64,000 bases of DNA from Phycisphaerae bacterium (GTDB taxonomy: Bacteria > Planctomycetota > Phycisphaerae > UBA1845 > PWPN01). The stretch spans positions 14,808-78,807 of the forward strand of contig JAGNEZ010000001.1 of the NCBI GenBank assembly GCA_018003015.1, read 5' to 3'. The notes below the pieces were generated by a model. That model saw nothing but the letters and a program-made list of their open reading frames with translations, was not told the origin of the DNA and searched no databases. Position 1 is the stretch's first letter, and each line of letters begins with the position of its first letter. A program made the translations under genes and the position numbers. This document shows positions 9,148 to 18,820 of the stretch, in pieces.

Positions 9148-10356
9148 CTACGCGGGATGCGTTTCGAGTCGTTCGAGCATTTCGAGACAGCATCGCCCGT
9201 TGTGGTATGGGCACTTCCAGATTGAGACTTTGGGCATGGATAGGTCGGGCACACCGGTGCGGCTCACGCGCCAGAACCACTCGCCGTAGCGATGATCGAC
9301 GATCTTATCCTGGATGAATTGCCAGCACCGGGCCGCGGCCTCGCGGAAGGGCGGCTCGCCGGTCAACTGCCAGGCGTTGTAGAAGCCAACGACCGCCTCG
9401 GACTGCGGCCACCACTCCTTGTTGGCGTCGATGATCTGGCCGTCGCGGCCCTCGTAGAGCAGTCCGCCGTCGTGGTCGAGCCCTTCGCTGAGCACTGCCC
9501 GGGCGAGGCGTACCGCGGTTGCTCGGACGTCAGCCAGCAGCCGCTCGTCGCCGAGTACCTTTGCCGCCTCACACAGCAGCCAGCTGCCCTCGATGTCGTG
9601 ACCGAAGGTGTAGGTGTCGGAGAGCGGGCGCCAGTAGATGTCGAAGAAGTGCTGAAAGTGGGTTTGATCGGCATTGAGGATGCGGTTGGCGAACAGGTCG
9701 ATCAACTCGCGCAGGCGGAGGGCGAGGGTCGCATCCGGCCAGACGCGGTACAGGTTGGTGTAGCCTTCGAGGAGATGAAGGTGGTTGTTCATTGACTTGG
9801 CGGCGTTCATGTCCTTGTGGCTGAGCCGCATGTCCGGGCACGGTGTCCAGTCCCGGTTGACGACTTCGAGGTAGCCGCCGTTCCGAGGGTCGTGGCTGCC
9901 CGCCTCGATGCGTGTGAAGCCGTCGATGGCCCGGTGCAGGGCCTGTGGCTCGCCGAAGGCGAGGTGGTACTCGCTGAGCGCATAGAGGCAAAACGCCTGG
10001 CCGTAGATCTTCTTCTTATCGTCGCGGACCCGATGGTCCGGCTCGAGTTCCCAGAAATAGCCGCCATATTCGGGGTCGAAGAGATGCTGTTCGAGGTAAT
10101 CGCAGGCTCGGCGGGCGAGCCTGCGGTCTTCTGGCTGCCCCAGGCGACGCGAGGCGGCTGCGAAGGCCCAGAGGATTCTGGCGTTGAGGATCAGGCCCTT
10201 GGCAGCGGCTTCGCTGACCTGCAGGTCGTTGGACATCTCGGCGATGAAGCCCCCGTGCCGCTCATCCACGGTACGGAGCCGCCAGAACGGGAGGATGTTG
10301 CCCAGCAGTTCCCGCCGGATGTCGGCGGCGAGGGCCTCTTCAGTCAGCGCGGCCAT
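9148..10356 (-). CDS. AGE-superfamily 2-epimerase (cellobiose/mannobiose 2-epimerase-like)
   Basis: 402 aa with (alpha/alpha)6 AGE-family motifs [28 protein letters not shown] and [14 protein letters not shown]. Overlaps the upstream GH5 stop by 17 nt. Confidence 0.85.
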   Translation of the reverse strand: MAALTEEALAADIRRELLGNILPFWRLRTVDERHGGFIAEMSNDLQVSEAAAKGLILNARILWAFAAASRRLGQPEDRRLARRACDYLEQHLFDPEYGGYFWELEPDHRVRDDKKKIYGQAFCLYALSEYHLAFGEPQALHRAIDGFTRIEAGSHDPRNGGYLEVVNRDWTPCPDMRLSHKDMNAAKSMNNHLHLLEGYTNLYRVWPDATLALRLRELIDLFANRILNADQTHFQHFFDIYWRPLSDTYTFGHDIEGSWLLCEAAKVLGDERLLADVRATAVRLARAVLSEGLDHDGGLLYEGRDGQIIDANKEWWPQSEAVVGFYNAWQLTGEPPFREAAARCWQFIQDKIVDHRYGEWFWRVSRTGVPDLSMPKVSIWKCPYHNGRCCLEMLERLETHPA

Positions 10357-12193
10357 GCTCGATCTCGACTCTGCCGATCTGGGCCTCGGTCCGGAAAGTC
10401 ACTTTCACATATCGGCTGTCGGCGCCGCCGCCCTTGGCCGAATAGAGCGCGGATTGCATGAAACCGTAGAGCGAGCCACCGTAGGTGGTGGTGCGGGTCA
10501 CGGCCAGTTCGGCGGGCTCGAAGTTGGTTCCGTCCTTCGAGAACGCGACGGTCACATCCTGCTGATCGGCGAGGGTGTACACGAACAGTCGCACCATTCG
10601 GATGCCGTCGGCGGCACGGTAGACGACCCCGCTGTCGCGCTCGCCGGCCAAACGGTGGCAATCCTCCTTGAACTTGCGAGCCTCGTTCTCGCGGAACTGG
10701 ACCTTGCCCTGCTTGAGGTAGATACGGGAATCGTTGCGGAATTCATCGACGAGGGTTTGGTGGTCGATTTTGACCGGGCCGACGGTGTTCGAGGGCTCGG
10801 ATGTCCCGGAATGGTTACGGGCCAAGATGCGGTAGTGGTAGGACTCACCCGGCCTGGCCGAGTAGTCCACATCGAGGGGGCGGTACTGGACGTCGGCCTC
10901 GGACACGTCGGTGGCGATGGTCTTCCAGGGTCCCAGGAGGGCAGGGGCCCGTTCGACGTCGTAGGAGGCGGCCCCGACGGAGCCCTGCCAGCTGATCATT
11001 CCGCCGTTGTCGACGGTCAGCAGTCTGGGGGCGGCGGGGGCGGGCAGAGGGGGCGGGGTGAGGCCCCGGATCTCGAAGGCCTTGGTCCGCAGCAGGCTCA
11101 TCAGCCCGCGTTCGTCGTAGCGTTCGCCGCTCGCGAAGCCCGGCCAGTGATAGGCTTTGAAGAAGTCGCCGCCCAGCGGTTCGTGATGCCAGTAGAACCC
11201 TCCATCGCGGCTCCGGCAGCGGAGGCTCCAGAGCAAAGCGCCGGCGATCTTGCGTTCGATGACCGTATCGATGATGGAGCGCAGGGCCTCGGTGCTGAGA
11301 AAGCCGAACTCGCCGACGTGGTAGGGCTTGTGTCCGCGAGCCAGATCGCTGTTGGCGGTAATGCGTTTGACGACCTGGCGCGGATCGGGCTCGTAGTGGT
11401 GAGTCTGCACGAAGTCGACGTTGGGATCCTTCAGAGAGCTCTGGGGGAGGGTGCCGTAGCCCGCCCCGTCGATGACCAGGTGGTTCGGGTCGACGCTCTT
11501 GATGTGGGCGGCCGCGATCCGGGTCCAGTTTTCCGGGGCCTTGAGCTCGTTACCCGTTTCCCAGGCCAGGATAGCCTTGTCGTCGCGATAGCGGAGTCCG
11601 GTGATGGTGTTTCTGCGGTTGACCACGGCGGTGACGATGCTCTTGTAGTCCTCGATGAGCTGAGGATCGGTGAAGAACTCATCACCTTTCTTTCCGCGGA
11701 AGCCGGCCAGTTCGCCGGTGCCGCCCCACCAGACCCACTGATCGATGAACGGGATGATGACGCGGACACGATGACGGTTGGCGGCGGCCAGCACCTGGTC
11801 CAGTATGACGAAGGCTTGCTCGTTGAATTGGCCGGGGCCGAGGATGTATCGTGGGATATCCGCGGGGTCGTCGGGTTTCTTCACTGAAAGGGCGTACATG
11901 CGCACGACCTGCCCGCCCAGCTGGGCGATCGAGCCCAAAGCGTCCTCGATTTCGAACGCATCGGGCAGGCGGAAGGGCATGACCTGGTCGAAGCGCATGT
12001 CATCCTCGACGTAGTGGAGGTTCGGGATATTGAAGGAGACGAACCGGAACTCGCGGTCGCCGTCCAGGAGCCGATCGCCATCCCGGCGAACGAAATGGGC
12101 AAACGGCTCGCTGCCTCTGGGTGGAGCCATTGAGCACCCTCCGCCCCACAAGAACACGGCCAGACCCATCCAGCCCAGCAATGCTCGTTTCAT
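10340..12193 (-). CDS. GH5 glycoside hydrolase lipoprotein (probable endo-beta-mannanase) with Fn3-like and C-terminal beta-sandwich regions
   Basis: GH5 acid/base motif LAWETGNELKAP and nucleophile motif YHVGEFGF. Start trimmed to MKRALLGWMGLAVFLWGGGC (lipoprotein-like signal, ATG 12193). The mannanase call rests on operon context with the epimerase and GH130. Confidence 0.7.
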   Translation of the reverse strand: MKRALLGWMGLAVFLWGGGCSMAPPRGSEPFAHFVRRDGDRLLDGDREFRFVSFNIPNLHYVEDDMRFDQVMPFRLPDAFEIEDALGSIAQLGGQVVRMYALSVKKPDDPADIPRYILGPGQFNEQAFVILDQVLAAANRHRVRVIIPFIDQWVWWGGTGELAGFRGKKGDEFFTDPQLIEDYKSIVTAVVNRRNTITGLRYRDDKAILAWETGNELKAPENWTRIAAAHIKSVDPNHLVIDGAGYGTLPQSSLKDPNVDFVQTHHYEPDPRQVVKRITANSDLARGHKPYHVGEFGFLSTEALRSIIDTVIERKIAGALLWSLRCRSRDGGFYWHHEPLGGDFFKAYHWPGFASGERYDERGLMSLLRTKAFEIRGLTPPPLPAPAAPRLLTVDNGGMISWQGSVGAASYDVERAPALLGPWKTIATDVSEADVQYRPLDVDYSARPGESYHYRILARNHSGTSEPSNTVGPVKIDHQTLVDEFRNDSRIYLKQGKVQFRENEARKFKEDCHRLAGERDSGVVYRAADGIRMVRLFVYTLADQQDVTVAFSKDGTNFEPAELAVTRTTTYGGSLYGFMQSALYSAKGGGADSRYVKVTFRTEAQIGRVEIEHGRAD

Positions 12194-12595
12194 CTGACCG
12201 TCTCCCGCTTGTGACCCGTTGTCTCGCCCTGATACCCGACGTTTGTCCGGTGGCGTCGGGTCCGCCAGGAGCGTGGACCGGTTGGACCGAGGAGGGGAAG
12301 GCCAACGCCGACCCCAGTGACCGACATGCCCGCCCTGGCCGGGTGGGGCTGTTATAAAGCTGGTTTTGGAGAGGGTCAATCGACGGACCGGCGGGTGGTT
12401 CCAGGGGCCTTCCGCGGCATATCCTGGTTCGCGGCGGCCTTTTCGCGGGTCGGCCCCGAGGGTGTTGGCTGCCCGGTTAATGGGCTTGCGTGCGTATCGC
12501 AGTCACGGAATGCGGGTCTGGGCGTGTTGCCTCGCGGGCGTGGTTCGGAGTTGTGGCGCTCTTGGATTGCCGGGAGGATGGCTGGGGAGGGTGGC

Positions 12596-12623
12596 TTGCC
12601 TCGCCGCGGCCATCTGCTACACT
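12596..12623 (+). promoter_or_regulatory. Candidate sigma70-type promoter upstream of ilvC
   Basis: TTGCCT-N16-TACACT about 85 nt upstream of the ilvC ATG. RBS GAAAGGAG lies just before the start. Confidence 0.3.
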
Positions 12624-12706
12624 ACGCCATTCCCATGACCGGGCCGGCCGGCGTCCTCGGGGCCCGCTAGGATGCTTACTCCATAGAAGGAAAGGAGTTA
12701 CGTGCG

Positions 12707-13711
12707 ATGCCAGTAACGATTTACTACGATCGAGATGCGGACCTTGGCGTGCTCAAGGGCAAGAAGATCGCCATCCTGGGGTATGGCAGCCAGGGTCACG
12801 CTCATGCCCAGAACCTCCGCGATTCGGGGATGAACGTCACCGTGGCTGAACTGCCGGGCACGGACAACTACAGACTCGCGGTCGAGCACAAGTTTGCGCC
12901 GATCAGCGCGGCGGAGGCCACCAAGTCCTGCGATCTGCTGATCATGACACTCCCGGACGAACTGCAGGCTCGGATTTTCAGGAGCGAGATCGCCGAGAAC
13001 CTCAAACCAGGTAAGGCGATCGGCTTCACCCATGGGTTCAACATTCACTATGGTCAGATTGTTCCGCCGGAGGGGGTGGATGTCATCATGATTGCCCCGA
13101 AAGGCCCGGGGCACCTGCTCCGCAGCGAGTTTGTGAAGGGTGGCGGCGTGCCCTGCCTGGTGGCGGTCGAGAAGAACGCGACCGGCAAGGCCCTGCAGAC
13201 TGCGCTAGCCTGGGGTTCGGGCATTGGCGGCGGCCGTGCGGGCATTCTGGAGACGACGTTCAAGGATGAGACCGAGAGTGACCTGTTCGGGGAGCAGGTG
13301 GTGTTGTGCGGCGGGGTGACGGCCCTGGTCAAGACTGCGTTCGAGACGTTGCTGGAGGCCGGCTACCCGGAGGAGATCTGCTACTTCGAGGTCATGCACG
13401 AGTTGAAGCTGATCGTCGACCTTTTCTACCAGGGTGGCATCAACTACATGCGTTACAGCGTGAGCAATACTGCCGAGTACGGTGATCTGACCCGCGGCCC
13501 GCGGATCATCACCGAGGAGACACGGCAGGAGATGCGCGAGATTCTGAAGGAGATCCAGACCGGCGAGTTCGCCCGCGAGTGGCTGCTGGAGAATCAGGTT
13601 GGCCGGCCGACGTTCAACGCCCTGTACAAGAAGGACTACAACCACCCGGTCGAGGTGGTGGGCCGCCGTCTCCGCAAGATGATGAAGTGGATCGACGTCA
13701 AGGAAGTCTGA
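12707..13711 (+). CDS. ilvC: Ketol-acid reductoisomerase (class I)
   Basis: 334 aa. N-terminal MPVTIYYDRDADL...IAILGYGSQGHAHAQNLRDSG (Rossmann) and conserved C-terminal knotted domain. Confidence 0.95.
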   Translation: MPVTIYYDRDADLGVLKGKKIAILGYGSQGHAHAQNLRDSGMNVTVAELPGTDNYRLAVEHKFAPISAAEATKSCDLLIMTLPDELQARIFRSEIAENLKPGKAIGFTHGFNIHYGQIVPPEGVDVIMIAPKGPGHLLRSEFVKGGGVPCLVAVEKNATGKALQTALAWGSGIGGGRAGILETTFKDETESDLFGEQVVLCGGVTALVKTAFETLLEAGYPEEICYFEVMHELKLIVDLFYQGGINYMRYSVSNTAEYGDLTRGPRIITEETRQEMREILKEIQTGEFAREWLLENQVGRPTFNALYKKDYNHPVEVVGRRLRKMMKWIDVKEV

Positions 13712-13749
13712 TTTTCGATCGCGATCTGGAAGAGTGGTTGACGAGGTCA

Positions 13750-13788
13750 GGGGCCGCGGGCTGTTTCGCCGGTGGCCTCTGTTTTTTT
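13750..13788 (+). terminator. Intrinsic terminator after ilvC
   Basis: GC-rich imperfect hairpin ggggccgcgggc...gccggtggcctc, immediately followed by a T7 run (13782-13788). Confidence 0.6.
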
Positions 13789-13806
13789 GGTGTGCAGGGC
13801 AGGGAC

Positions 13807-14640
13807 TCAGTCCCACAACACGAACACGGGTGGCGGGCCTGCCGCCGGCCGATCGGACGCTTGCCTGAGGGGCAGGGCCTGCCCGCCGGGGAGGATATGC
13901 TGAGCGAGGACATGGGTGACGAACGACTCGCTGGTCGCGTCGGTGTGGGCTCCAGTCCACCCGTAGCTCTCGTACCTGGGTGACCAGGCGATGTTGAAGA
14001 TTTTGCCGGCCGTCCCGCCGGGTGGGTGGAGGCCGACCAGACCGGCCGAGGGGGAGTCCATCCGGCCGTCGATCGTACCCAAGGCCCGGACCGGCCCGTC
14101 CAGGACTCCGTCCTGCGAGGAGTAGTAGACGTAGACCCCGCCGGCGATGTGCTTGAGTGCTTCGCGCATGTCGTAACCGGACGAGAGGCTGGAGCCCAGC
14201 AGGATGATATTATGAACCTGGGCTGGCGGTTGGAGGGCTTCACAGGCCCAGACGCATACGCCCGTTCCCGCGGACAGGGCGATGATGTTGACTTCCGCCT
14301 GGGGGTACTTCTGGAGGTAGGTGTTGATTTGCCTGCCCAGTTCCACGCCCTTGGCCCGGGCGGCTCCCCGGCCGATGGTCTGATCCAGGGCCGGGTTCAG
14401 GAACGGCGACCAGGTGTAGTTGATGATGTTGCCCTTGTAGTTAGCCCGGCGCAGGCCGCTGCGCACCTCGGCCACGCCGAAGCCCCAGTTACCGGCGCCG
14501 TCGATGTAGTAGGTCCGACCATGCTGGTCTTCTCGGCTGAATTGGGAATGGCTTTCCGCGCACCCCAGCGAGGGGAGGGCGGCGGCCAATGATAGCGTCA
14601 CGAGGCCGCCCGGCGCCGATAAACGCTTGGATATCCTCAT
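13807..14640 (-). CDS. Lipoprotein, alpha/beta-hydrolase-like (unknown substrate)
   Basis: Start trimmed to MRISKRL...LSLAAALPSLGC (lipobox). Contains a G-x-S-x-G-like NIIALSAGTGV. No precise family recognised. Confidence 0.6.
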   Translation of the reverse strand: MRISKRLSAPGGLVTLSLAAALPSLGCAESHSQFSREDQHGRTYYIDGAGNWGFGVAEVRSGLRRANYKGNIINYTWSPFLNPALDQTIGRGAARAKGVELGRQINTYLQKYPQAEVNIIALSAGTGVCVWACEALQPPAQVHNIILLGSSLSSGYDMREALKHIAGGVYVYYSSQDGVLDGPVRALGTIDGRMDSPSAGLVGLHPPGGTAGKIFNIAWSPRYESYGWTGAHTDATSESFVTHVLAQHILPGGQALPLRQASDRPAAGPPPVFVLWD

Positions 14641-14766
14641 GTTTTTCCCGTTCAAGGCCACGTGTCTCCTTCTAGTCTAGGACATCGGTCGGAGGCGTCA
14701 AGCACTTTGGTGGTGCGGGCCATCGTGGCATGATCGTGATCCGCCGGGCATGGGGCGGTTTGACGC

Positions 14767-15519
14767 TTGGCGGATGGCCTCATAAGATCGATGGCGGGTG
14801 GAGGGTGGGTCGCCTGCCACCAGGATGGTGACGATTTGCGGGTCAAGATCTGCGGGATAACGAACAGCGCCGACGCGCTGGTTGCGGCCGTTGCCGGGGC
14901 CGACGCTATCGGTCTGAACTTTGTAGGCGGCCCGCGGCAGATTTCCGTGGGGGTAGCCGCCGCGATTCTGGAATCGCTGCCGCCCCTGGTCACTCCCGTG
15001 GCCCTGGTTCGCCTGCAGGACGGCCGGCTGTCCGACGGGGTGGCGGAGCTGCTTGGCCGCTACCGAGTCTCGCACCTGCAGGTCTACGGCCCGGTGGCGG
15101 CCGGAGCGATAGACGCCCTGGCCTGCGACGGTTTCTGTGTCATGCCGGTGATTGCGGTCCGTGGGGTGGACTTCGCCCGGGAAGCGGTTCTCTGGCGGGA
15201 CTGCCGGGCCGGCCGGCCCCGGGCCGTGGTGCTCGACAGCTATGACCCCTTGAAGGAAGGTGGAACCGGTACAGTATTCCATTGGGAGATCATTCCAGCC
15301 GCGGTGGCGTCCGGAGCGATCCGGGGCTGGCCGCCGATCATTCTGGCGGGGGGGCTGAGGCCCGGGAATGTTGCCGAGGCGGTGCAGGTGGCCCGCCCCT
15401 TCGGGGTGGATGTCTCGTCCGGTGTAGAAGTGGAGGGTTCTCCAGGGCGGAAGGACGCCGCCAAGGTCCGGGAGTTTGTCCTCAATGCCCGAGCTGCGGC
15501 GGGCCGTTTGTCCTCGTAA
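14767..15519 (+). CDS. trpF: Phosphoribosylanthranilate isomerase
   Basis: RVKICGITNSADA and PPIILAGGLRPGNV motifs. Start uncertain: an in-frame TTG at 14836 would give a more typical length. Confidence 0.85.
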   Translation: MADGLIRSMAGGGWVACHQDGDDLRVKICGITNSADALVAAVAGADAIGLNFVGGPRQISVGVAAAILESLPPLVTPVALVRLQDGRLSDGVAELLGRYRVSHLQVYGPVAAGAIDALACDGFCVMPVIAVRGVDFAREAVLWRDCRAGRPRAVVLDSYDPLKEGGTGTVFHWEIIPAAVASGAIRGWPPIILAGGLRPGNVAEAVQVARPFGVDVSSGVEVEGSPGRKDAAKVREFVLNARAAAGRLSS

Positions 15520-15525
15520 GGGTGG

Positions 15526-16476
15526 TTGAGGTTGGTGCGCGTTCCCGCGTCGTTGATCCTGTGGTTTCCGATGGTGCCGGCCTTGCTGACCTGCGGGTGC
15601 TTGGGCCCTGAGCGAGGGCCGCGCCCCGCGCCGGCCTCGCAGCCGGCGAAGCCGCCGGGCGCTGAACTGGCCGAGTACCTATCGGCGATCCGCTCGGGCG
15701 AGTGGGTCTACGAGCGCCGGGAGCTGCCGGCCCACGCTGATCAGCGGCCCTCCGACTATGTCCGACACATCGGCTCTGGGCAGCTCTTCGAGATTGCCCG
15801 GGAGTTCTCCGACCTGGTGTGCAGGTACCGAGGGCCGACGACCACGACCCAGGCGGCGGTAGCCGGGCTGCCCACCACGAGGCCGAGCGACCCGGAGATG
15901 AAGGACCCGTTGCTCCGGCACCTCAAGGACTGGACCGCCATTCGCATCGAGCTCGGCGAGCCGATGGACCCCATTCCGCCGGAGTTGATTGCCACCGGCC
16001 GCTGCACGGAGTCCACCTCGGTGGGCTATGGGAGACGCACGGGTCCGCTGCTGGGGGCGGGCACGCTGACGCGGCACGTGGAGGTAGAGGATCGGGAGCC
16101 GGTGGAGTGTCCCGCCGGCCGGTTCGAGGAATGCCTTCGCGTTCGCGTGGATCTGGAGATTCGTTTCCCGCTCACCCCGGTGATCGACTGGACGACCTAT
16201 GTGTGGCTGGCTCCGAGGATCGGTGAGGTTCGGCGTGTTCAGAGCTTCTCCGGCTGGTTCCTGATCTTCTGGTTCGGCAGCACCCACGAGTACCTGCTCA
16301 AGAGCTACCGGCTGCCGTCGGACGTACTTCCGCCGACGGCCGCGACTCGCTGGTCCAAGGTCCTGGTCTTTCTGGATCGTACCTTTCCGCATCCGCGGGT
16401 GGCGTACATGGCCGTCGATCTGGCGACGTCGCGACCCGCAGCACCGCCCTCCGCCGCCCCCTGCGCGGGTCCGTGA
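15526..16476 (+). CDS. Hypothetical lipoprotein
   Basis: 316-aa ORF (TTG start) with signal MRLVRVPASLILWFPMVPALLTC. Coding-like composition, no family recognised. Confidence 0.55.
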   Translation: MRLVRVPASLILWFPMVPALLTCGCLGPERGPRPAPASQPAKPPGAELAEYLSAIRSGEWVYERRELPAHADQRPSDYVRHIGSGQLFEIAREFSDLVCRYRGPTTTTQAAVAGLPTTRPSDPEMKDPLLRHLKDWTAIRIELGEPMDPIPPELIATGRCTESTSVGYGRRTGPLLGAGTLTRHVEVEDREPVECPAGRFEECLRVRVDLEIRFPLTPVIDWTTYVWLAPRIGEVRRVQSFSGWFLIFWFGSTHEYLLKSYRLPSDVLPPTAATRWSKVLVFLDRTFPHPRVAYMAVDLATSRPAAPPSAAPCAGP

Positions 16477-16511
16477 CGAGTCGGGTGTGCGGGCTTATCA
16501 TGTGCCCGACC

Positions 16512-17126
16512 ATGGCCGGCGGCATCGCTCTTTTTGGTGGCAGTTTCAACCCGATTCACCACGGGCACTTGATCATTGCACGGGCGGTGGCCGAGACGCT
16601 GGATCTCGCCCGGCTGGTCCTGATTCCGTCGGCCAACCCGCCACACAAGATCGGCCAGGACTTGGCCGATGCCGCCGATCGCCTGGAAATGGTTCGGCTG
16701 GCCGTCGCGGACGAAGCGCTCTTCGAGGTGAGCGACACCGAGATTCGTCGTCGGGGAACCAGCTACACCATTCTCACGCTTGAGGAGTACCGTTCTCGGC
16801 TGGCCCCGGGAGAGGATCTCTACTGGATCATCGGCGGCGACACGATTTCGGAGCTACACACCTGGTATCGGGCCCGCGAGCTGGTGGACTTGTGCCGGAT
16901 TGTGACCGCCGTCCGACCGGGGTTCGAGACACCTGACCTGTCCGTGCTGCAGCCGACGCTTTCGGCCGGGCAGGTTGAGCGCCTTCGACAGGGGATTCTC
17001 CAGACGCCGCGGGTGGACATCTCCGCCACCGACGTCCGTCGGCGTGTGGCGGAGGGCTTGTCGATCCGTTTCCTGGTGCCGGAGGCGGTGCGGGAGTACA
17101 TCGAGCGGAAGGATCTGTACCGCTAG
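16512..17126 (+). CDS. nadD: Nicotinate-nucleotide adenylyltransferase
   Basis: IALFGGSFNPIHHGH (HxGH) and VDISATDVRRRV (ISxT) motifs. Start set at MAGGIALFGG; an alternative GTG at 16473 overlaps the upstream stop (GTGA). Confidence 0.9.
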   Translation: MAGGIALFGGSFNPIHHGHLIIARAVAETLDLARLVLIPSANPPHKIGQDLADAADRLEMVRLAVADEALFEVSDTEIRRRGTSYTILTLEEYRSRLAPGEDLYWIIGGDTISELHTWYRARELVDLCRIVTAVRPGFETPDLSVLQPTLSAGQVERLRQGILQTPRVDISATDVRRRVAEGLSIRFLVPEAVREYIERKDLYR

Positions 17127-17240
17127 GAGCCTGCCGAGTTCGGGGCCAGGCATGGACAGGGCTCGGCGGCGGGCGCACGGGTCGGATTCATGACCCTCGA
17201 CGCCCCGCGTTCTGCTCAGCATCCGATCGCGGCCAAGTGC

Positions 17241-18653
17241 TTACGGCGTCGCACCCCACACTTCGGGTGACTGGAACCCGGGAGGGCGCGGTGCATTGCG
17301 GGGGGGGACGGCCTGGGCGGCCAGTCTCCTGTACCGGGCGCGAAGCTCGTCGACCTTCCCGGGATGGCGGGCGGCCAGATCCTGTTTCTCCTGGGGATCC
17401 TCCGCGAGATTGAACAGTTCGGCCGGCTCGCGTCCCGGCCTGGCCGGTGTGCCCAGGGGCCGGCTCGTGATCTTCGGGTCTTCATCCCTAGCCGCCGCGC
17501 CGCGGAGCACGAGTTTCCATGGCCCGACCAGAATCGCCCCCCCGGCTGGTGAGGCGTTGAGGAGGATCTCCTCGTGGGGCGACGGTTTCCCTTCGGCAAT
17601 TGTCGGCCATGCGTCCCGCCCGTCGACTGGGAGTCTCTGCGCGGGGGATGCCCCCGCGAGTTTGAGGAGCGTGGCGTACCAGTCGACCATGTGCAGCGGT
17701 TCCCGGACGACCGTTCCCGGCCGGATGCGCCCTTCCCAGGCGGCCAGAGCCGCGGCCCGAACGCCCCCCTCGTAAAGCGTCGCTTTGCCCGCTCGGTAGG
17801 GGCCATTGCTGGCGACCCGTCCGGGAGCGGGCCCGCCGTTGTCGCTGGAGAATAGGATCAGGGTATTGCGGCGCATATCCTTCTCGTCCAGCGCGGCCAC
17901 GACGCGGCCAATGGCCTCGTCCATCGCGGCAACCATGCCGGCATAGGTTCGGCGAGGCTCCTCGAGATGGGCATAAGGTTCGAGATACTGGGGCGGAACC
18001 TGGTGCGGTGCGTGGACCGCGTTGAAGGGGAGATAGAGAAACAGCGGCTTGGCCACCTTGTGGTGGCGGATCAGACGGACCGCCTCGTCCGCCAGGAGAG
18101 ACGTACTGTAGCCCTTGTCGTAGCACGTCCGGTCATCACGATGCCAATCGTGACCGCCATCTCGTTGATGGGTGAAGTAGTCGATGGCGCCGTTGTAGTG
18201 GCCGTACTGGTGGTCGAATCCCCGGCGGGTGGGCAGGTAGTCGGGCCGGAAATGCCCGAGATGCCACTTCCCGCAAATAGCCGTTTCGTAGCCCGCTTCC
18301 TTGAGGGCCTGGGCGAGGGTTCGCTCCTCCAGGGGAAGGCCGTACTGGGCCCAGGGTCGAACCACACCCACCTGAAGCCCGTATCTCATTGGATAGCGCC
18401 CGGTCATGAGGGCGGCGCGGGTGGGTGAGCAGAGCGGCTGGACGTAGAACTGTTCAAGCCGGGCGCCGGAGACAGCCAGACGGTCCAGATGGGGCGTCTT
18501 GATGGGGCTCCCGTGGAATCCCACGTCGGCATGGCCCAGATCGTCCGCCAGGATGATCACGATGTTGGGTCGAGCGGACTCGGCGGAGGCTGGCGGGCAC
18601 ATGGCCAAGGCGGCCCATACGAACACGGTTTCACCTATCCAGGAGCATTTCAT
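17241..18653 (-). CDS. Arylsulfatase (Cys-type, formylglycine-dependent), secreted
   Basis: NIVIILADDLGHADVG and LCSPTRAALMTGR (C-x-P-x-R FGly motif). Start trimmed to MKCSWIGETVFVWAALAMCPPASA (signal). Confidence 0.9.
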   Translation of the reverse strand: MKCSWIGETVFVWAALAMCPPASAESARPNIVIILADDLGHADVGFHGSPIKTPHLDRLAVSGARLEQFYVQPLCSPTRAALMTGRYPMRYGLQVGVVRPWAQYGLPLEERTLAQALKEAGYETAICGKWHLGHFRPDYLPTRRGFDHQYGHYNGAIDYFTHQRDGGHDWHRDDRTCYDKGYSTSLLADEAVRLIRHHKVAKPLFLYLPFNAVHAPHQVPPQYLEPYAHLEEPRRTYAGMVAAMDEAIGRVVAALDEKDMRRNTLILFSSDNGGPAPGRVASNGPYRAGKATLYEGGVRAAALAAWEGRIRPGTVVREPLHMVDWYATLLKLAGASPAQRLPVDGRDAWPTIAEGKPSPHEEILLNASPAGGAILVGPWKLVLRGAAARDEDPKITSRPLGTPARPGREPAELFNLAEDPQEKQDLAARHPGKVDELRARYRRLAAQAVPPRNAPRPPGFQSPEVWGATP

Positions 18654-18820
18654 GTTGGGCCCTTTCTTACGGGTAACGGATCCCGGCCATTCGCGACACC
18701 GGCGAAGCAAGACCTCAGGTCAGGGGTCGGCCGAGGGATCACGGCACCGGATCATCCCCGGCCCGATTCCCTGCGGTCAGCCGACCCGCGTGCTTCGATG
18801 AATGAGGTCTCACCACCGGG

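Noticed and set aside
17300-17307. G8/C8 homopolymer inside the 3' part of the sulfatase gene as a phase-variation switch.
   Set aside because: It is a single short tract encoding Pro-Pro-Arg in a GC-rich genome and lies near the C-terminus. Nothing else suggests slipped-strand regulation.
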